In this document: positions 57,540 through 64,000 of the stretch, in pieces
How the letters are laid out: the number at the start of each line of letters is the position of its first letter
How positions within the stretch are numbered: the first letter of the stretch is position 1
Assembly: GCA_964057225.1 (NCBI GenBank)
Contig: OZ059895.1
Span: 19,220,001 to 19,284,000, forward strand
Source: Auanema rhodensis
Taxonomy: Eukaryota; Animalia; Nematoda
Direction: 5' to 3'
Length of the DNA: 64,000 nt
Program-made: the position numbers and the translations under genes
The notes under the pieces: generated by a model
What the model was told of the DNA's origin: nothing
The model's database searches: none
The model's input: the letters and a program-made list of their open reading frames with translations, nothing else

Positions 57540-60500
57540 TCACGTGTACATTTAATTAGCATAAATTAAAGTTCACGTAAATTTCAAAGTCATGGTTACC
57601 ATGCACCAATATCAATAAAAATTTGTTTTTAGACTAATATGGACATGGGGAATCTAATTTTGAAAACCGCATCTCTTTATCTTTCACGGGAAGCGAGTTA
57701 CATACCATGTGCACATGACGTGTAAAATTAATTAGCATAAATTAAAGTTCACGTAAATTTCAAAGTCATGGTTACCATACACCGATATCAATAATGTTTT
57801 GTTTTTAGACTAATATGGATATGGGGAATCTAATTTTGAAAACCGCATCTCTTTATCTTTCACGGGAATCGAGTTACATACCATTTGCACATCACGTGTA
57901 TATATAATTAGCATAAATTAAAGTTCACGTAAATTTCAAAGTCATGGTTACCATGCACCAATATCAATAAAAATTTGTTTTTAGACTAATATGGACATGG
58001 GGAATCTAATTCTGAAAACCGCATCTCTTTATCTTTCACGGGAAGCGAGTTATTACATACCATTTGCACATCACGTGTATATATAATTAGCATAAATTAA
58101 AGTTCAAGTAAATTTCAAAGTCATGGTTACCATACACCGATATCAATAATGTTATGTTTTTAGACTAATATGGTAATGGGGAATCTAATTTTGAAAACCG
58201 CATCTCTTTATCTTTCACGGGAAGCGAGTTACATACCATTTTCACATCACGTGTATATATAATTAGCATAAATTAAAGTTCACGTAAATTTCAAAGTCAT
58301 GGTTACCATGCACCAATATCAATAAAAATTTGTTTTTAGACTAATATGGACATGGGGAATCTAATTTTGAAAACCGAATCTTTTTATCTTTCACGGGAAG
58401 CGAGTTACATACCATGTGCACAGCACGTGTACAATTAATTAGCATAAATTAAAGTTCACGTAAATTTCAAAGTCATTGTTACCACGCACCAATATCAATA
58501 ATGTTATGTTTTTAGACTAATATGGACATGGGGAATCTAATTTTGAAAACCGCATCAATTTATCTTTCACGGTAAGCGAGTTACATACCACGTGCACATC
58601 ACGTGTACATTTAATTAGCATAAATTAAAGTTCACGTAAATTTCAAAGTCATTGTTACCATGCACCAATATCAATAAAAATTTGTTTTTAGACTAATATG
58701 GACATGGGGAATCTAATTTTGAAAACCGCATCTTTTTATCTTTCACGGGAAGCGAGTTACATACCATGTGCACATCACGTGTACAATTAATTAGCATAAC
58801 TTAAAGTTCACGTAAATTTGAAATTCATGGTAACCATACACCGATATCAATAATGTTTTGTTTTTAGACTAATATGGACATGGGGAATCTAATTTTGAAA
58901 ACCGTATCTTTTTATCTTTCACGGGAAGCGAGTTACATACCATGTGCACATCACGTGTACAATTAATTAGCATAAATTAAAGTTCACGTAAATTTCAAAG
59001 TCATGGTTACCATACACCGATATCAATGAAAATTTGTTTTTAGACTAATATGGACATGGGGAATCTAATTTTGAAAACCGCATCTCTTTATCTTTCACGG
59101 GAAGCGAGTTACACACCATTTGCACATCACGTGTATATATAATTAGCATAAATTAAAGTTCACGTAAATTTCAAAGTCATGGTCACCATGCACCAATATC
59201 AATAAAAATTTATTTTTAGACTAATATGGACATGGGGAATCTAATTCTGAAAACCGCATCTCTTTATCTTTCACGGGAAGCGAGTTATTACATACCATTT
59301 GCACATCACGTGTATATATAATTAGCATAAATTAAAGTTCACGTAAATTTCAAAGTCATGGTTACCATGCACCAATATCAATAAAAATTTGTTTTTAGAC
59401 TAATATGGACATGGGGAATCTAATTTTGAAAACCGCATCTCTTTATCTTTCACGGGAAGCGAGTTACATACCATTTGCACATCACGTGTATATATAATTA
59501 GCATAAATTAAAGTTCACGTAAACGGGAAGCGAGTTACATACCATTTGCACATCACGTGTATATATAATTAGCATAAATTAAAGTTCACGTAAATTTCAA
59601 AGTCATGGTTACCATACACTGATATCAATAATGTTATGGTTTTAGACTAATATGGACATGGGGAATCTAATTTTGAAAACCGCATCTTTTTATCTTTCAC
59701 GGGAAGCGTGTTACATACCATTTGCACATCACGTGTATATATAATTAGCATAAATTAAAGTTCACGTAAATTTCAAAGTCATGGTTACCATGCACCAATA
59801 TCAATAAAAATTTGTTTTTAGACTAATATGGACATGGGGAATCTAATTTTGAAAACCGCATCTCTTTATCTTTCACGGGAAGCGAGTTACATACCATTTG
59901 CACATCACGTGTACAATTAATTAGCATAAATTAAAGTTCACGTAAATTTCAAAGTCATTGTTACCACGCACCAATATCAATAATGTTATGTTTTTTGACT
60001 ACTATGGACATGGGGAATCTAATTTTGAAAACCGCATCTTTTTATCTTTCACGGGAAGCGAGTTACATACCATGTGCACATCACGTGTACAATTAATTAG
60101 CATAAATTAAAGTTCACGTAAATTTCACAGTCATGGTTACCATGCACCAATATCAATAAAAATTTGTTTTTAGACTACTATGGACATGGGGAATCTAATT
60201 TTGAGAACCGCATCTTTTTATCTTTCACGGGAAGCGAGTTACACACCATGTGCACATCACGTGTACATTTAATTAGCATAACTTAAAGTTCACGTAAATT
60301 TCAAAGTCATGGTTACCATGCACCAATATCAATAAAAATTTGTTTTTAGACTAATATGGACATGGGGAATCTAATTTTGAAAACCGCATCTTTTTATCTT
60401 TCACGGGAAGCGAGTTACATACCATGTGCACATCACGTGTACAATTAATTAGCATAAATTAAAGTTCACGTAAATTTGAAATTCATGGTAACCATACACC

Positions 60501-63500
60501 GATATCAATAATGTTTTGTTTTTAGACTAATATGGACATGGGGAATCTAATTTTGAAAACCGCATCTCTTTATCTTTCACGGGAAGCGAGTTACATACCA
60601 TTTGCACATCACGTGTACATTTAATTAGCATAAATTAAAGTTCATGTAAATTTGAAATTCATGGTAACCATACACCAATATCAATAAAAATTTGTTTTTA
60701 GACTAATATGGACATGGGGAATCTAATTTTGAAAACCGCATCTCTTTATCTTTCACGGGAAGCGAGTTACATACCATGTGCACATGACGTGTACAATTAA
60801 TTAGCATAAATTAAAGTTCACGTAAATTTCAAAGTCATGGTTACCATACACCGATATCAATAATGTTTTGTTTTTAGACTAATATGGATATGGGGAATCT
60901 AATTTTGAAAACCGCATCTCTTTATCTTTCACGGGAAGCGAGTTACATACCATTTGCACATCACGTGTATATATAATTAGCATAAATTAAAGTTCACGTA
61001 AATTTCAAAGTCATGGTTACCATGCACCAATATCAATAAAAATTTGTTTTTAGACTAATATGGACATGGGGAATCTAATTCTGAAAACCGCATCTCTTTA
61101 TCTTTCACGGGAAGCGAGTTATTACATACCATTTGCACATCACGTGTATATATAATTAGCATAAATTAAAGTTCAAGTAAATTTCAAAGTCATGGTTACC
61201 ATACACCGATATCAATAATGTTATGTTTTTAGACTAATATGGTAATGGGGAATCTAATTTTGAAAACCGCATCTCTTTATCTTTCACGGGAAGCGAGTTA
61301 CATACCATTTTCACATCACGTGTATATATAATTAGCATAAATTAAAGTTCACGTAAATTTCAAAGTCATGGTTACCATGCACCAATATCAATAAAAATTT
61401 GTTTTTAGACTAATATGGACATGGGGAATCTAATTTTGAAAACCGAATCTTTTTATCTTTCACGGGAAGCGAGTTACATACCATGTGCACAGCACGTGTA
61501 CAATTAATTAGCATAAATTAAAGTTCACGTAAATTTCAAAGTCATTGTTACCACGCACCAATATCAATAATGTTATGTTTTTAGACTAATATGGACATGG
61601 GGAATCTAATTTTGAAAACCGCATCAATTTATCTTTCACGGTAAGCGAGTTACATACCACGTGCACATCACGTGTACATTTAATTAGCATAAATTAAAGT
61701 TCACGTAAATTTCAAAGTCATTGTTACCATGCACCAATATCAATAAAAATTTGTTTTTAGACTAATATGGACATGGGGAATCTAATTTTGAAAACCGCAT
61801 CTTTTTATCTTTCACGGGAAGCGAGTTACATACCATGTGCACATCACGTGTACAATTAATTAGCATAACTTAAAGTTCACGTAAATTTGAAATTCATGGT
61901 AACCATACACCGATATCAATAATGTTTTGTTTTTAGACTAATATGGACATGGGGAATCTAATTTTGAAAACCGTATCTTTTTATCTTTCACGGGAAGCGA
62001 GTTACATACCATGTGCACATCACGTGTACAATTAATTAGCATAAATTAAAGTTCACGTAAATTTCAAAGTCATGGTTACCATACACCGATATCAATGAAA
62101 ATTTGTTTTTAGACTAATATGGACATGGGGAATCTAATTTTGAAAACCGCATCTCTTTATCTTTCACGGGAAGCGAGTTACACACCATTTGCACATCACG
62201 TGTATATATAATTAGCATAAATTAAAGTTCACGTAAATTTCAAAGTCATGGTTACCATGCACCAATATCAATAAAAATTTGTTTTTAGACTAATATGGAC
62301 ATGGGGAATCTAATTTTGAGAACCGCATCTTTTTATCTTTCACGGGAAGCGAGTTACACACCATGTGCACATCACGTGTACATTTAATTAGCATAACTTA
62401 AAGTTCACGTAAATTTCAAAGTCATGGTTACCATGCACCAATATCAATAAAAATTTCTTTTTAGACTAATATGGACATGGGGAATCTAATTTTGAAAACC
62501 GCATCTTTTTATCTTTCACGGGAAGCGAGTTACATACCATGTGCACATCACGTGTACAATTAATTAGCATAAATTAAAGTTCACGTAAATTTGAAATTCA
62601 TGGTAACCATACACCGATATCAATAATGTTTTGTTTTTAGACTAATATGGACATGGGGAATCTAATTTTGAAAACCGCATCTCTTTATCTTTCACGGGAA
62701 GCGAGTTACATACCATTTGCACATCACGTGTACATTTAATTAGCATAAATTAAAGTTCACGTAAATTTCAAAGTCATGGTTACCATGCACCAATATCAAT
62801 AAAAATTTGTTTTTAGACTAATATGGACATGGGGAATCTAATTTTGAAAACCGCATCTCTTTATCTTTCACGGGAAGCGAGTTACATACCATGTGCACAT
62901 GACGTGTACAATTAATTAGCATAAATTAAAGTTCACGTAAATTTCAAAGTCATGGTTACCATACACCGATATCAATAATGTTTTGTTTTTAGACTAATAT
63001 GGATATGGGGAATCTAATTTTGAAAACCGCATCTCTTTATCTTTCACGGGAAGCGAGTTACATACCATTTGCACATCACGTGTATATATAATTAGCATAA
63101 ATTAAAGTTCACGTAAATTTCAAAGTCATGGTTACCATGCACCAATATCAATAAAAATTTGTTTTTAGACTAATATGGACATGGGGAATCTAATTCTGAA
63201 AACCGCATCTCTTTATCTTTCACGGGAAGCGAGTTATTACATACCATTTGCACATCACGTGTATATATAATTAGCATAAATTAAAGTTCAAGTAAATTTC
63301 AAAGTCATGGTTACCATACACCGATATCAATAATGTTATGTTTTTAGACTAATATGGTAATGGGGAATCTAATTTTGAAAACCGCATCTCTTTATCTTTC
63401 ACGGGAAGCGAGTTACATACCATTTTCACATCACGTGTATATATAATTAGCATAAATTGAAGTTCACGTAAATTTCAAAGTCATGGTTACCATGCACCAA

Positions 63501-63740
63501 TATCAATAAAAATTTGTTTTTAGACTAATATGGACATGGGGAATCTAATTTTGAAAACCGAATCTTTTTATCTTTCACGGGAAGCGAGTTACATACCATG
63601 TGCACAGCACGTGTACAATTAATTAGCATAAATTAAAGTTCACGTAAATTTCAAAGTCATTGTTACCACGCACCAATATCAATAATGTTATGTTTTTAGA
63701 CTAATATGGACATGGGGAATCTAATTTTGAAAACCGCATC
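57540..63740. repeat. Three copies of a block rich in private SNPs
   Basis: GGTAATGGGG at 58172/61241/63356 (offsets 3069 = 17x176+71+6 and 2115 = 12x176+3). CACATGACG, GTTCAAGTA, ACCGAATC and CACAGCACG travel with it. Confidence 0.88.
59453..59523. repeat. 71-bp truncated monomer (isolated copy 5)
   Basis: Same TTCACGTAAA|CGGGAAG junction at 59523/59524. Confidence 0.95.
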
Positions 63741-64000
63741 TTTTTATCTTTCACGGGAAGCGAGTTACATACCATGTGCACATCACGTGTACAATTAATT
63801 AGCATAAATTAAAGTTCACGTAAATTTGAAATTCATGGTAACCATACACCGATATCAATAATGTTTTGTTTTTAGACTAATATGGACATGGGGAATCTAA
63901 TTTTGAAAACCGCATCTCTTTATCTTTCACGGGAAGCGAGTTACATACCATTTGCACATCACGTGTACATTTAATTAGCATAAATTAAAGTTCACGTAAA

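Larger units (their letters stand above)
1..64000. repeat. 176-bp satellite DNA tandem array (~364 monomers, single orientation, runs off both window ends)
   Basis: GTGTA at 1 recurs at 177, 353 and onward (period 176). Consensus: GTGTA(CAAT/TATA/CATT)TAATTAGCATAAATTAAAGTTCACGTAAATTTCAAAGTCATGGTTACCATGCACCAATATCAATAAAAATTTGTTTTTAGACTAATATGGACATGGGGAATCTAATTTTGAAAACCGCATCT(C/T)TTTATCTTTCACGGGAAGCGAGTTACATACCAT(T/G)TGCACATCAC. Hand count gives 58/176 G+C. Monomers differ at only a few to about a dozen positions. Confidence 0.99.

Noticed and set aside
1-64000. CRISPR-like array
   Set aside because: No unique spacers and no cas genes; the entire unit is repeated.
1-64000. Single fixed higher-order repeat period, strand inversion or transposon insertion
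   Set aside because: Duplication offsets vary by region, and I saw no reverse-orientation monomer or foreign sequence.

Overview
The whole 64-kb window is one uninterrupted head-to-tail satellite DNA array: about 364 copies of a 176-bp, roughly 33% GC monomer, all in one orientation. It is most likely eukaryotic centromeric, pericentromeric or subtelomeric heterochromatin; I cannot assign the organism or repeat family. I see no genes, RNA genes, transposons, inversions or CRISPR spacers, and no protein-coding system. The informative structure is in the monomer variants. (1) Diagnostic SNPs and indels reveal nested local and long-range block duplications (offsets 883, 775/1902, 1232, 1059, 4754/5106/5460, 2463 and 3069/2115 bp). 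(2) An identical 71-bp truncated unit occurs four times at 7.6-10.3 kb and once about 49 kb away. (3) The monomer is rich in dyad symmetries and carries an ungapped CENP-B-box-like 17-mer. (4) Many recurrent variants turn quasi-palindromes into perfect palindromes, two of them in both possible directions and one with the central base inverted. This pattern resembles template-switch mutagenesis. All counts and offsets were read by eye.
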